Assembly (NCBI GenBank): GCA_951406725.2
Contig: OX597834.1
Location: 15,996,001-16,060,000, forward strand
Origin: Octopus vulgaris
Lineage: Eukaryota
Reading direction: 5' to 3'
DNA length: 64,000 nt
Shown one piece after another: positions 1 to 14,190 of this stretch. Each line of letters begins with the position of its first letter. Position 1 is the first letter of the stretch. The notes under the pieces were generated by a model, which saw only the letters and a program-made list of their open reading frames with translations, was not told the origin of the DNA and made no database searches. A program made the position numbers and the translations under genes.

Positions 1-47
1 CGATTCTGTCAGCTTGCCACCTTAATAATAATAATAATAATGATAAT

Positions 48-271
48 AATCATCATCATCAGTTAACGTCCGTTTTCCATGCTAGCATGGGTTGGACGGT
101 TGACTGAGGGCTGGCAACCAGATGGCTGCACCAGGCTCCAGTCTTGATCTGGCAGAGTTTCTACAGCTGGATGCCCTTCCTAACGCCAACCACTCCAAGA
201 CTGTAGTGGGGGTGCTTTTTACGTGCCACCTGCATGGGGGCTAGTCAGGCGGTACTAGCAATGACCTCGCT

Positions 272-275
<4 letters not shown>
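48..275 (-). mobile_element. Short retroposon, family C ((GAT)n tail, AGGAAGGGCATCCAGCTGTAGAAA motif)
   Basis: Homologous copies at about 7310-7800, 9250-9370, 20600-20860, 22270-22405, 24870-25265, 33580-34010, 51245-51500, 61715-61785 and 63540-63910. A (GAT)n 3' tail is typical of RTE-mobilised elements. Confidence 0.75.
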
Positions 276-315
<40 letters not shown>

Positions 316-367
316 CCTTTCTACTACAAGCACAAATCATTATTATTTAATTTATATATATATACAT

Positions 368-517
368 CAGGCTTCTTTCAGTTTCTATCTACCAAATCCA
401 GTCACGAGACTTTGGTCGACCTGAGGCTTTAGTAGAAGACACTTGCCCAAGGTGCCACACAGAAAGATTGAACCCAGAACCATATGGTTGGGAAGCAAGC
501 TACTTACCACACAGCCG
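368..517 (-). mobile_element. tRNA-derived SINE family A, 5' head fragment
   Basis: Reverse complement reads GGCTGTGTGGTAAGTAGCTTGC...GGTTCAATC...GGCACCTTGGGCAAGTGTCTT, matching many copies in this window. Confidence 0.8.
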
Positions 518-928
518 TGTGTGTGCCTATATATATATATATATATATCTGTATAATTCTTATTGTCAGAGGAGTGAGGTCAGTAGAGTATCAAAATCAA
601 TAAAGTGATAGACAGAAGAAATGCCTTGCAGTATTTCGTTGCTTCTCTCTGTGTTGAGAGTTCAAATCGCACCAAGGTTGATTTTTGCCTTTTCTCTTTC
701 CAGAATCTCGAGGTATATAAGTGACAGTGAAGCACTGGGGTAGATTTCAATGGCAGTACTTAAAATTAGTTGCATTGTGCAATAGTGAAAAACACTATTA
801 TTATCATTATTATTATTATTATTATTATTACTATTATTATTGTTGTTGTTGTTGTTAAAAGTAGTAGAAGCTGCAGTGAGAAGTATATAGTGTGATAGTG
901 AGAAAAGAGTCAGAAAATGCTGCAATGT

Positions 929-1103
<175 letters not shown>

Positions 1104-1345
1104 CCTCTAACTTCTCTGAGTTGAGTCCTTCAAATATTCGTTGTTTTTGCCGTTAGAAAAAGTATTAAACATCAAAACTGCTTTCCACCTCTAAAAATCT
1201 TCACAGACTCTACATACATACATACATACATACACACATCTGAGTTCTGTCATTATGTAAATGTGTATATATATATATATGCTTGTTCATTGTGTATGCA
1301 TGTATATCTATTTGTATGTGTGTATACACACACACATATATGTAG

Positions 1346-1388
<43 letters not shown>

Positions 1389-1594
1389 CATACGTACACA
1401 CTAATATATGTGTATGAGTATATATATACATACACATATATATAAAACACTAGTATATACACATGCATGTGAATATATATATATATATATTATATATATA
1501 CACACACATATATATATACATATATATGTATATATATACATATATATATCATGTGTAAATATATATATATATAAATATATTATATGTATGTGTG

Positions 1595-1648
<54 letters not shown>

Positions 1649-1999
1649 CACATATATACGTAATGTATGTGTACGGATGTATGTGTGTGTATGAGCAAAT
1701 ATAGAATTGGAAAATAGAAATCAAAGGCTAAAAACTGCATCAAAAAGAAAATTTCTCCCTGCCCCCCACTCCCCCCATAAAAAATTTAGCAACTGGGGGA
1801 GGGAGGGGTAATACGGAGGGGATGATTTCAGAAGAAAGGGAGATGGAGAAGTGATGAGGAGCTGGGGTGGGGGGCAGGAGTAGATTTAAAACTGAAAAAT
1901 GTTCTTCCTCAACTGAATAACCTGTTCTTCTGTACAGTTTAGTTACAAGAACAAATTTATTGGAAACGCCAGCAGGTGAGAGGGGGGGAGGAAAAAGGA

Positions 2000-2454
2000 G
2001 AGAGAGAGGGTGAGAGTGTGTAAGAGAGAGAGAAAGGAAAGAGAGAGATAAAGATAGGAGAGAGAGAGAGACAGCAGGAGAGAGAGAGAGAGACAGCAAG
2101 AAAGAAAGAGAGAGACAGCAGGTGAAAGAGAGAGAGAAAGCAAGAGAGAGAGACAGCAAGAGAGAGAGAGAGAGAGACAAGAGAAAGACACAGCAAGAGA
2201 GAGAGAGAGAGACAGAGAGAGAGACAAGAGAAAGACACAGCAAGAGAGAGAGAGAGACAAGAGAAAGACACAGCAAGAGAGAGAGAGAGACAGCAAGAGA
2301 GAGAGACAGCAAGAGAGAGAGACAAGAGGAAGACACAGCAAGAGAGAGAGAGACAGCAAGAGAGAGAGACAGTAAGAGAGAGAGAGAGACAAGAGGAAGA
2401 CACAGCAAGAGAGAGAGAGAGACAGCAAGAGAGAGAGACAAGAGAAAGACACAG

Positions 2455-2501
<47 letters not shown>

Positions 2502-2810
2502 AGAGAAAAACACAGCAAGAGAGAGAGATATAGCAAGAGAGAGAGAGAGAGAAACGGTAAGAGAGAGAGAGAGGAGCAGGGAGACAGAGTCAATAAAAGA
2601 GAGGGTGAGGGACAGAGAAAGGGAGAGAGAGATAGACAGTAAGAAACAGCAAGAGCGAGTGAGACAGAAAGAAAGAGATAGAGAGGGAGACTGCAAGAGG
2701 GATAGAGAGTGATGGAGAGACAGCAAGAGAACAACTAAAAGAGAGAAACTCCAAGAAAATGAGACACAACAAAAGCGAGAGAGAGAGAGAGAGAGAAAGA
2801 AAGAGAGGAA
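2000..2810. repeat. (GA)n compound repeat with recurring GACAGCAA and GACAAGAGAAAGACACAGCAA units
   Basis: Seen directly; it explains the Leu/Ser-rich and Arg/Glu-rich ORFs. Confidence 0.9.
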
Positions 2811-3534
2811 AGGGAAATGGAATGGTAAAAAGACTGAAGCAGAAGAAGTTCTGCAAAGAACTGCAGAGAATAAAAGACGAAATTTTTTTCTTCTCTTATC
2901 TTTCCTTACTCTGTTCGGTTTTTTTTTTTTTTCCCCACCACATTTTTCTTTCACTCCTTCATTCATTTCACATTTCTGTTTTTTTTTTTTTTGTTTTTTT
3001 TGGTTTTATAAGCCTTGAAATTCAAAGGAGGGGCCTGAGAAAAGAGAGAAAGTGAGCAGGAGAGAAAGAAGGGGGAGGAGGAGGAGGAGGAGGCTGATGT
3101 AGGATATAGTAAGTGAGAGGTACGATGGTGGAATTTGTGAAAGACTCGGGCAGTGCAACGGATAAAACGAATGAAAACAATTGCGAAAATTAGTTTAGAG
3201 GATGGAAAAAAAGAACCAAAAGAAAAAGAAAAAAAAAACGACAAAGATAAGCGAAAGAGAGAGAGAAAATAGTTTTGTGCATTGGAATATATGTGCATAA
3301 AAATAACAGCACAAAAGCCAAAGTGAAAAACCAAGTGAAATTATTGCTTTGACAGTCAATGAGAAGAAAGACAGTAGAAGTATCTTTGACATTTCAAGCA
3401 TAAGCTCTTTATCAAAAAGTTTACTCAGAAGGAAAAAAACCACTCCAACGCATTCTGGCAAGAGATGGAGTGGTTTTTCTGACACACTATTTTGTAGTTG
3501 AATGCCTCTCCTGTCTCTTAACTTTTTTTGATGC

Positions 3535-3920
3535 AGTAATTTACAGTCAAATACTCTTCCTTTCAAACTTTTCCCAGCTTACTATTATATCGGCAGATTA
3601 CCTTTCTTCTCACCAAACATTTTCTGAGGAACTCTTTTACAGTCAAATATCCTTCCATTCACCAAACTTTTCCCACCTCACTATTATACTGGCAAACGAC
3701 CCTTCCTTCAACCAAACATTTTCTGAGGAACTCTTTTACAGCCAAATCCCCTTCGTTTCACCAAACTATTCCCATCTCACTATTATATCGGCAGATTACC
3801 TTTCTTCTCACCAAATATTTTCTGAGGCACTCTTTTAAAGGAAAATACCCTTCCATTCACCAAACTTTTCCTCTGGGTCTGTTTTACAGTCAAACAACTT
3901 TCTTCACACCCAACATTTTA
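3535..3920. repeat. Minisatellite, about 102-bp unit x about 3.5
   Basis: The block CAAACTTTTCCCA...ACTATTATATCGGCAGATTACCTTTCTTCTCACCAAACATTTTCTGAGGAACTCTTTTACAG recurs near 3565, 3665 and 3765. Confidence 0.85.
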
Positions 3921-4009
3921 GCCTCCCTTTATGGCAAAGGGTAACACGGCTGTACCTATACTAAACAGGTACTTATATAAGACCCTTCTGTTCTGACGAT
4001 GAATAGTTC

Positions 4010-4418
4010 AGTTACTCTTTTACTTGTTTCAGTCATTTGACTGCGGCCATGCTGGAGCACCGCCTTTAATCGAGCAAATCGACCCCGGGACTTATTCTTT
4101 GTAAGCCCAGTACTTATTCTATCGGTCTCTTTTGCCGAACCGCTAAGTGATGGGGACATAAACACATCAGCATCGGTTGTCAATCAATGCTGGGGGGACA
4201 AACACAGACACACAAACATACACACACATACATATATATATATATACATATATACAACGGGCTTCTTTCAGTTTCCATCTACCAAATCCACTCACAAGGC
4301 TTTGGCCGGCCCGAAGCTATAGTAGAAGACACTTGCCCAAGGTGCCATGCAGTGGGACTAAACCCGGAACCATGTGGTTGGTAAGGAAGCTACTTACCAC
4401 ACAGCCACTCATGCGCCT
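4010..4418 (-). mobile_element. tRNA-derived SINE family A, full length
   Basis: tRNA-like head with A/B-box-like motifs, CORE-like GGCACCTTGGGCAAGTGTCTT, central (TA)/(TG) microsatellite and GAAACAAGTAAAAGAGT tail. Confidence 0.9.
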
Positions 4419-5534
4419 AAACAAATGAAATATTTATTTATTGAATAACAATATCAGTGGCTGAGTATTCCACAGATACTTGTACCTTGAACATAATTGT
4501 CAGGGAGAATTAATATGATGCAGTGTGTGAGAAGATTCATCATTTAAATCAGAAATACAACTATCTGGTTGAACTTCCACACAGTTTCCATAAATATCAC
4601 ACATACACTCTCACACACCAATGCATACATGTGTGTGCCTGTATGCATGTACAGGTGAGTGCATGTGCGTGTCAATGTATGTCAGCACATAAATACATGT
4701 GCATGCATGCACATGCATGTGTGTGCATGTATGCATATGCATGTGTATGTACTGTATGCATGTATGCATGTGTGCGTGAAAGAGATCCATCTGGCTTGTT
4801 CCCACAGTTTCCATTAAGTTACCCACACATATGTATGTTTCACTAATCCCATGTAGTTTCCATAAATATTCTACACACACATACACACACACTCATACAC
4901 ACACTACTACACACTCATGCACAAACATACACTTATACATACACACACTGATACACACACATACACTCATACACACACGCTCACATACACTGATACACAC
5001 ACATACATTTATACACACACTCACTTACACTCATACACACTGATACACACACACACATACACACACTGATACACTCTCATACTCACTGATACACATACAC
5101 ACACACACTCATACACACTGATACACACATACACTTGTACACACACACTCATACACACACACTCATACACACTGATACACACACACACGCATGTTTGTAG
5201 TTTTTGGATGTATATGAGTGTGTGTAGTCCATCTGGCAGGCTCTTACATAGCTTTCATAAATATCCCATGACGTGTGTGTATAACTGGTTGAATATTCCA
5301 CAGAGTTGTGTCCTCTTCATGTAGTTCCACCCACCCGCAGCCAAATCAGCGCAATGCAATTACAAGGCTTCCGCACAGTTTCCCCTCAGCCCACATTCAC
5401 TCACAAAACAGAGACTGGCCCAGCAGTGAAATGAAGTCATTTGGCAAAGATGCCAAGCAGTGGGGTTGAAGCCAGAGCCTGCTGACTGCAAAGTGGACTT
5501 CTTCACCAATTACATATGCCTGTGTTGACACACA

Positions 5535-5573
<39 letters not shown>

Positions 5574-5654
5574 AAGTGTGTGTGTGTGTGTGTATGAAAG
5601 CATGTGTGTCAGAGAAAGTGTGTGTGTGTGTATGAAAGCACGTGTGTCAGAGAA

Positions 5655-5688
<34 letters not shown>

Positions 5689-6216
5689 GCATGTGTATGT
5701 CAGATAGAAAGAGTGTGTGTGTGTGTGTGTGTGAAGCATGTGTATGTCAGAGAGAAAGAGTGTGTGTGTGTGTGAAGCATGTGTATGTCAGAGAGAAAGA
5801 GTGTGTGCGTGTGTGTGTGAGAGAGAAAGACTGTATGCGTGTGTGAGAGAGAGAGATTGTGTATATGCGCATGAGAGAGCATGCGTGGGTGCATGTGTGC
5901 ACACGGGCATGCTTGTGTGAGAGAGAGAGAGAGACTGTGTGTGTGTATATGTATACAGGAGAACGCGTGGGTGCGTGTGCACATGTGTATAGAGTCCCAC
6001 AACAACGCCTTCAAATAACGAAAAGAAAACACACGCACGCACGCACACACACACACTCTTTGTCTGACACACATGCTTTCACACACACATGCACACACAC
6101 AAAGACAAAGTGTAAAAACTAAAACTCTACTCCGCGCCTCCCCCCCCCTGCCCTCCCCACTTCACCTTTAACTTAAATGATAATTACAAATTGATTTCAA
6201 AACAATTAATGAGAGA

Positions 6217-6254
<38 letters not shown>

Positions 6255-7452
6255 CACACACGCACACACACACACACCACAATGAAAAAACACTGCATAT
6301 AAGATTTCATTCCTTTTATTTGTCTTTAGACGAAGAAGAGGAAGATTAGTCGGGTTTTTTTTGTTGTTTATTTGGTGTTGTTTTGTTGTTGTTTTTTAGG
6401 GAGGAGGCGGGATTCGTTAATATTTTTGTTGTGGCTGTTTTTGTTTTGTTTTGTATTTTTTTTTTGTTTTTGTTTTTTGGTTTCTTAATGTTTATTTTTC
6501 TTAAACTGTCAAACAAAAGATATCAATTATGAAAATTTGGCAAAACTAACTGGCATTTGACACAAAATAAGTTTAGGAAAATAATTGCTTGTCAAGAGAA
6601 GAGGAAGAAGGGGGAAAAAAAAAAAAATGAATAAGTCACCATGACAACAGGAAGGAGTTTTTTTGGGGGGGGTTTTTGTTTGTTTTTTTGGTTTTTTTTT
6701 TTGCTTTCAGGAGGAGTTGTAATTAAGATTACAAGTCTAAGAGAAAATTAAGTTTGGGAAATGAAGACATATAAAAGAAGGAAGGAAAGAAAGAAAGAAA
6801 GGAAGGAAGGGAGGGAGGAAGAAAGGAAGGAACGAATGAACGAACGAACGAACGAAGGAAGGAAGAAAGGAAGGAAAGGAACAAATGAAGGAAAGAAGGA
6901 AGGAAAGGAACAAATGAAGGAAGGAAGAAAGGAAGGAAAGAAGGAAGGAACAAATGAACAAACGAAGGAACGAAAGAAGGGAGGAAGCAAGGAAGGAAGG
7001 AAAGAAAAGGGATGTGATGGTTGAAGAAAGGGAGGGAGGGATAAATATCAACGGTAAGAATTAAAAGTAAATATATATAAAGACGAAAGAGATTAAAAAG
7101 AAAGAGAAGGAAAAGAGTAAAGAAAAAAGAAAAACAAGAATGAAGAGAATAAGGAAAGAAGAGGAGGAGCAGACCAAGAATTCAGAAAGGCTCACTCTTA
7201 TAACCGATAAAACTGGAAGTCATCTAAATGTAAGGCTTAATGACAAAGAGACAAGGGAACCATGAAGGGATCAGGTGGTCTTCCTTGATCGGATGGTTTT
7301 CATCTTAAGGATCACCACATTGTTTAATGTTCTGTCTTCCATGTTGGTATGGGAGGGATGGTTTTACAGGAACCAACAAGCCAGAATGGCCGTGCTGGGC
7401 ACCAATATCTGCTCTGGCAAGGTTTCCACAGATGGATGCCCTTCCTAATGCC

Positions 7453-7683
7453 TATTTCTTTACCACCCACAAGGGGCTAAACACAGAGGGGACAAACAAG
7501 GACAAACACACGGATTAAGTTGATTACATCGACCCCAGTGAGTAACTGGTACTTAATTTATCAACCCCGAAAGGATGAAAGGCAAAGTCGACCTCGGCGG
7601 AATTTGAACTCACAATGTAACGACAGACGAAATACCGCTAAGCATTTCGCCCGGCGTGCTAACATTTCTGCCAGCTCGCCGCG
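7453..7683 (-). mobile_element. tRNA-derived SINE family B nested in a family C element, 12-bp TSD
   Basis: CTTCCTAATGCC is duplicated at 7441-7452 and 7684-7695. Head GGCGAGCTGGCAGAAA...GAGTTCAAATTCC. Confidence 0.9.
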
Positions 7684-8006
7684 CTTCCTAATGCCAACCA
7701 CTTGACAGAGTGTATTATGTGCTTTTAATTTCTTTTGTGACATCAGCCAGCACTGGTGAGGTCACCAAGTCACCTGCAAGACAAGACCCCTTGAAGCGAA
7801 TGGGGTCTAGCAATGGAAAAGGTAAGAGGATGTTGTGGAAGGATCTTGACCATCCCCCTGTGACTAAACATGGACTGATACATTTCAATAAAGTAAAGAA
7901 CTGTCGAGTTGACAATGTTGATCGTTCATGTTGGATTACTGTGTTAGTTTAATGTCACACCTATGTTTGGCGCAGTATTAATTCAGAAAAAAACGTTTTC
8001 CTAGAT

Positions 8007-8332
8007 CGGTGCTTCTCAAACTATCTGATGTGGCATACCAGCAGTTTCTTTTTCCAATGTGCCAGGGACCAGGTAATATTTCTTAGACATATTAATTCAT
8101 ACCGGAAACAATATATATAATGAGCATGGAAAACGGACGCTAAACGATGATGATGATGATGAATATAATAAAAGTTGAAAAATTTTTTTATCGTATATTT
8201 ATTTAGTAAACAAATAATACAATATTACATAAGCATTTTATAATGTTTCTTTTCTGGAAACTCGTTGCATACTGGCAGCTGAAGGCTCGCAGACTGGCAC
8301 CGGTCCGTGGACCACCACGTTGAGTAGCACTG
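8007..8332. mobile_element. hAT-type MITE
   Basis: Imperfect TIRs CGGTGCTTCTCAA / TTGAGTAGCACTG and a degenerate 8-bp TSD TCCTAGAT / TTTTAGAT. Confidence 0.7.
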
Positions 8333-8859
8333 TTTTAGATAACCATATCCAAATATTTATTTGGGTAATGTCATTCCTACACCCTTGTGCACACCCAATG
8401 TTGTCATAACATTCTTGGCAATGAGATATTCAAACCCACGACAGGCCAGAATAGGTATCTTGCTGAAAACGTGATTGCATGGCTTCTCCAACTGCAAAGA
8501 GGGAGAGAGATGCTGAGGGTGCCACCATCAACTGACAAATAATCTTGTTCTCAGCTTGAAAAATAGTGAAATGAATAAATTGCTTCGATCAGGAAACCCT
8601 GGGTAGCTGTATTTAATAAGACTTGTGGTTTTTATTATAACATTAGGTTTATTCTCTTAACTGATCAAGTGTTATTCTACTAGTTAAAACTGTACCACAT
8701 GATATATATATATTGACCAACTGATCGATCGATAAATAGATAGATATATGCATATGTATGTATACACACATCCAGAGGGAGACCCCTTCTTGTTGCCAAA
8801 CCTCACACATTTACAAGCAAGGTAATTTTACCTTCAAAGGATCAGCTTACTTTTGTGAA

Positions 8860-9210
8860 AGTGCATGGCTCAGTGGTTAGAGCGTCAGGTTCACAGTCAA
8901 GCTCACAATCATAAGGTAGTGAGTTCGATTCCCAGGCCAGGCTCTGCATTGTGTTCTTAAGCAAGACACTTTATTTTACATTGCTCCAGTTCACTCAGCT
9001 GTAGAAATGAGTTACGATGTCACTAGCGCCAAGCTGTATCGACCTTTGCCTTTTCCCTTGGATAACATCAGTGGCATGGAGAGGGGCAACAGGTATGCAT
9101 GGGTGACTGCTGGTCTTCCATAAACAACCTTGCCTGGATGTGTGCCTTGAAGGGTAACTTCCTAGGTGCAATCCCATGGTCATTCATGACCAAACGGGAT
9201 CTTTATCCAT
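8860..9210 (+). mobile_element. tRNA-derived CORE-like SINE family D
   Basis: A box TGGCTCAGTGG, B box GAGTTCGATTCC, then CTTAAGCAAGACACTTTATTTTAC. A 5'-truncated copy is at 57830-58070. Confidence 0.85.
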
Positions 9211-9773
9211 TTTTTTACAACTTGCTTACAATCACACACACATATACACACATCATCATCATCATCGTTTAACATCTGCTTTCCATGCTAGCATGGGTTG
9301 GACAGTTCGACTGGAGTCTGGGAAGCCAGGAGGCTGCACCAGGCCCAGTCTGATCTGGCAGTGTTTCTACAAGATGGTTGTCTTTCTGTTTCCATTTATC
9401 AAATGCTCTCACAAGGCTTGGGTCAACTCAAGGTTGCCATACACAGGAATTGAACCGTAAACCATATGGACTGGAAGCAAACTGATAAACCACACAGCCT
9501 TGCCTACACTTACATTGGAAAATAAAATAAATGAATGCAAAAATAAGCAAAATGGAAATAGAAAAAAAAAAAACAGAAATGAGGAGGAGGGGGAGGAGGA
9601 GTGATGGAGAAAATCACTACCGTTTCAAAAAATGACATTTATTGGAATCACCAAATTAGAATAAAGTTATCAGAAGATTCTGAACGATTGGTCTGGTAAT
9701 TAATTAAGTCAGTGGTTTGTGTTGAAAAAAAATGATGGGGTGCAATGAAGGGGGGAATGATATACATACATTC

Positions 9774-9854
<81 letters not shown>

Positions 9855-9865
9855 CATATATATAT

Positions 9866-9898
<33 letters not shown>

Positions 9899-9993
9899 CA
9901 TATATATACACACACATATATATATATATACATACATATATATATACACACACATATATATACATACATATATATACACACACATATATATAT

Positions 9994-10067
<74 letters not shown>

Positions 10068-10356
10068 GCACACATACGCCTCCACATTCTCAAACAAATA
10101 TTTAGGAGGGCATTAATGAAGGATGTAGGAGATGAAGAAGATAGAGTGCAGTGTGTTGGGGGTGGGTCTCTCTTCCCCTTCTGTATCTTGTCTCCATCCT
10201 CCCTCTTTCTACCTATCCTCTACGTATGTATAGAGACACGTATGCATGCATACATACACACACATACATACATACATACACAAATACAAACACACACAAC
10301 AGTGAGAAAATGAAAAGATAAATTACAAAAGTGTGCAAAGTGTACAGGTGCACAGA

Positions 10357-10406
<50 letters not shown>

Positions 10407-10485
10407 TTTGTGTGTGTGTGTGTGTGTGTGAATTCACAGAAAGTATCAGTCTGCGTGCTTTTGAATATGGATATGTTAAGTATAA

Positions 10486-10927
10486 GGAGTGGCTATGTGG
10501 TAAGTAGCTTGTTTACCAACCACATGGTTCCGGGTTCAGTCCCACTGCGTGGCACCTTGGGCAAGTGTCTTCTGCTATAGCCTTCGGGCTGACCAAAGCC
10601 TTGTGAGTGGATTTGGTAGACGGAAACTGAAAGAAGCCCGTCGTATATATGTATATATATATACAGGCGCAGGAGTGGCTGTGTGGTAAGTAGCTTGCTA
10701 ACCAACCACATGGTTCCGGGTTCAGTGAATAAGTCTCGGGGTCGATTTGCTCGACTAAAGGCGGTGCTCCAGCATGGTCGCAGTCAAATGACTGAAACAA
10801 GTAAAAGAGTAAAGAGAGTAAAGAGTATACAAGAATGTCGTTGACATTGACTTCGATGCTACGCAGTGGGACTGAACCCAGAACCATGTGGTTGGTTAGC
10901 AAGCTACTTACCACACAGCCACTCCTG
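10486..10927. mobile_element. Cluster of SINE A fragments (two + heads, a tail, one - head)
   Basis: Similarity to full-length SINE A copies in this window. Confidence 0.8.
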
Positions 10928-10977
10928 TATAAGAAAAATAAATATGTAAATATGTGTGTGTGTGTATGTATGTGAAG

Positions 10978-11297
10978 ACGCATGGCTTAGTGGTTAGGGT
11001 GTTCGGCGTACAATCGTAAGGTCATGAGTTCAATTCCCGGTGACACATTGTGTCCTTGAGCAAGACACTTTATTTCACGTTACTCCAGTCCACTCAGCTG
11101 GCAAAAGTGAGTAGTACCTGTAATTAAAAGGGCCAGCCTTGTCCCACTCTGTGTCAAGTTTAATCTCCCTGAGAACTACATTAAGGGTGCACGTGTCTGT
11201 GGAGTACTCAGCCACTTGCACATCCATTTCACAAGGAGGCTGTTCCGTTAATCGTATCAGCGGGGACCCTCGTCATCATAACTGACAGAGTGCTCCC
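10978..11297 (+). mobile_element. tRNA-derived CORE-like SINE family D2
   Basis: A box TGGCTTAGTGG, B box GAGTTCAATTCC. Homologous copy at 54475-54795; fragments near 33385-33520 and 4455-4580. Confidence 0.85.
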
Positions 11298-11552
11298 TAA
11301 AAAAAAAAATACATATGCTAATGTATGTCTATGTCCAAGTATATGAGTGTGCATGTGTCTCTGTAAGTCTGCATGCGCACATGAGTGTGTTTGTGCACAG
11401 ACGTGCGTGTGTGCATGTGTGTGTGCTTGTCTGACCAGCCTCGTGAGAAGTTTCACTATATTAGTAAAACGTTTCATTAAGAAAAAAATTGCTGATATTA
11501 AAAAAAAATTAGAGAAATTAAGAAAAAGAAGTTAACATATAAAAAAAGAGTT

Positions 11553-11602
<50 letters not shown>

Positions 11603-11735
11603 ATATATATATTTGAGTACGCGCGCACACACACACACACACATATATATAGATAGATAGATAGATTCAGATATATATATAAATGCACACATATACATCT
11701 AAGTATCTCTCAAGCTTTCTCTCTCTCTCTCTCTG

Positions 11736-11771
<36 letters not shown>

Positions 11772-11800
11772 TACACACACACACATATATATATGTATAC

Positions 11801-11831
<31 letters not shown>

Positions 11832-11851
11832 TATATATATGTATGTGTATG

Positions 11852-11887
<36 letters not shown>

Positions 11888-11899
11888 TATATGTATGTG

Positions 11900-11936
<37 letters not shown>

Positions 11937-12539
11937 GCGCATATATGTGTGTATAGGCATCTGTATGTCAATGTATGATAAAAACTAAACCAGAACAAAT
12001 AGAAAACTCCGCACAGCTCACACTCACACACAAACACACACCAGACTCTCTCACACCACACACCCACACGCCACAAACACCAAATATAAAAGACAAAAAA
12101 AAAAAAACAGAGAGAGGTGGGAGACAAAGGCAAACAAAAAGAAGACAAAAAAAAACCCCAAAACAAATTAAAAGAGTAAATACAAATTTCAGTCATTATT
12201 AGTTTTCTGTCCAAAATTCCTTGAGTTGTATCTATCGATAGGTCTGTCGCTAGCATTTATAGATTGGTAATCTGTATTAATAGGTATTTACTGACCAAAT
12301 TACTCCACATAGTCATGACATTTTTATTCAGATTGGTTTATTTTTTGTTGTTATTGTAGCTTATATTTTTTGCTGTGCATTTATTTATTTATTTATTATA
12401 TATATTTCATTTATTCCTTTCAATTTCATCTTGGTAAATGGATCTTGCATTTGGATTCCATGGAGACTAATCTGGATGTTGACCGACGAAAGTAATTCTT
12501 TATTCCATTAGAATCTAGTTACTCTTTTTACTCTACTCA

Positions 12540-12940
12540 TAGGCGCAGGAGTGGCTGTGTGGTAAGTAGCTTGCTAACCAACCACATGGTTCAGGGTTCA
12601 GTCCCACAGCGTGGCATCTTGGGCAAGTGTCTTCTGCTATAGCCCCGGGCCGACCAATGCCTTATGAGTGGATTTGGTAGACGGAAACTGAAAGAAGCCC
12701 GTCGTATATATGTATATATATATATGTGTGTTTGTGTGTCTATGTTTGTCCCCCTAGCATTGCTTGACAACCGATGCTGGTGTATTTACGTCCCCGTCAC
12801 TTAGCGGTTCGGCAAAAGAGACCGATAGAATAAGTATTGGGCTAACAAATAATAAGTCCTGGGGTCAATTTGCACGACTAAAGGCGGTGCTCCAGCATGG
12901 CCGCAGTCAAATGACTGAAACAAGTAAAAGAGTAAAAGAG
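12540..12940 (+). mobile_element. SINE family A, full length
   Basis: Complete head, microsatellite and tail. Confidence 0.9.
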
Positions 12941-13144
12941 TACTCTTTAACTTGTTTCAGTCATTTGACTGCGGCCATGCTGGAGCACCGCCTTTAATCG
13001 AGCAACTCGACCCCAGGACTTATTCTTTTGTAAGCCCAGTACTTATTCTATCGGTCTCTTTTGCCAAACCGCTAAGTAATGGGGACATAAGCACACCAGC
13101 ATCGGTTGTCAAGCAATGCTAGGGGGACAAACACAGACACACAA

Positions 13145-13191
<47 letters not shown>

Positions 13192-13352
13192 TACGACGGG
13201 CTTCTTTCAGTTTCCGTCAACCAAGTCCACTCACAAGGCTTTGGTCGGCCCGAGGCTATAGTAGAAGACACTTGCCCAAGGTGCCACGCAGTGGGACTGA
13301 ACCTGGAACCATGTGGTTGGTAAGCAAGCTACTTACCACACAGCCATTCCTG
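12941..13352 (-). mobile_element. SINE family A, full length, tail-to-tail with the previous copy
   Basis: Reverse complement of 12540-12940; the junction reads AAAAGAG-TA-CTCTTT. Confidence 0.9.
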
Positions 13353-13569
13353 CATCATCATCATCATCATCGTTGTTGTCGTCTAATGTCAAAGTTCCAC
13401 CCTGGTATGGGTTGGGTTGAAGTGTTAGACAGGTCCACATGAGTTTGAGGATTGCACTGTATTCCAAAGTCTGCTTTGGCATTAATCTATGAAACTGACT
13501 GACTATAATTTCTACAGAAAATATGTAGAGAAAACCCCAACAAGTGATGTAGTAAGAGATGTTGTCTCT

Positions 13570-13733
13570 TGCTGTGTGATAAGAAGCTTGCTTCCCAACC
13601 ACATGATTCCAGATTCAGTCCCACTGCATGGCACCTTGGGCAAGTGTCTTCTACTATAGCCTCGGGCCAACCAAAGCCTTGTGAGTGGATTTGGTAGACG
13701 GAAACTGAAAGAAGCCCATCGTATATATGTATG

Positions 13734-13770
<37 letters not shown>

Positions 13771-13900
13771 TGGGCTTTCTTCATCTCCTTATTCCTTTAT
13801 TCGTCCTCTATATGGAGCCCTAGTAATCTGTTACAGCACTTACCTAGCAAACCTAATCGTTTAGATCACCTGTGAACCAAACCCCCATATTTTGTGTGTA

Positions 13901-13943
<43 letters not shown>

Positions 13944-14190
13944 GACTGTATGTCTTTGTGTCTATGTTTGCCTTGCCATTCCACTGCTTTATAACCAGTG
14001 TTGGTGTATTTATGTCCCCCATATCTTCCCAGCTCAGCAAAAGAGACTGCCTGAATAATTACTAGGCTTAAAAAAGTAAGTCCTGGAGGTTGATTTTTTT
14101 CAACTAAAAAAAGAAAGGAAAAATCCCTTCAAGGCGAGGCTCCAGCATGGCCACAGCCAAATGACTGAAACAGGTAAAAGAATAAAAGAA
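13570..14190 (+). mobile_element. Divergent SINE A, interrupted in its central microsatellite
   Basis: Head at 13570-13725 and tail at 13950-14190. Confidence 0.75.

Noticed and set aside
1938-1975. Possible 38-nt plus-strand micro-exon (TGTACAG|...CAG|GTGAGA)
   Set aside because: The splice-like signals are plausible, but no recognisable peptide or partner exon supports it.
1740-2966. 408-aa Leu/Ser-rich ORF and overlapping ORFs
   Set aside because: Translation of a (GA)n/(CT)n compound repeat; no domain signal.
4177-4428. Recurrent ORFs such as ...RGYSRRHLPKVPRSGTEPGTMWLVSKLLTTQP and MLGGQTQTHKH...
   Set aside because: Antisense translations of SINE family A, not a gene family.
8860-8945. 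Functional tRNA genes at SINE heads (also near 10978, 22170, 34175 and 54475)
   Set aside because: A/B boxes are present but the cloverleafs are imperfect and run into repeat bodies, so they are tRNA-derived rather than tRNA genes.
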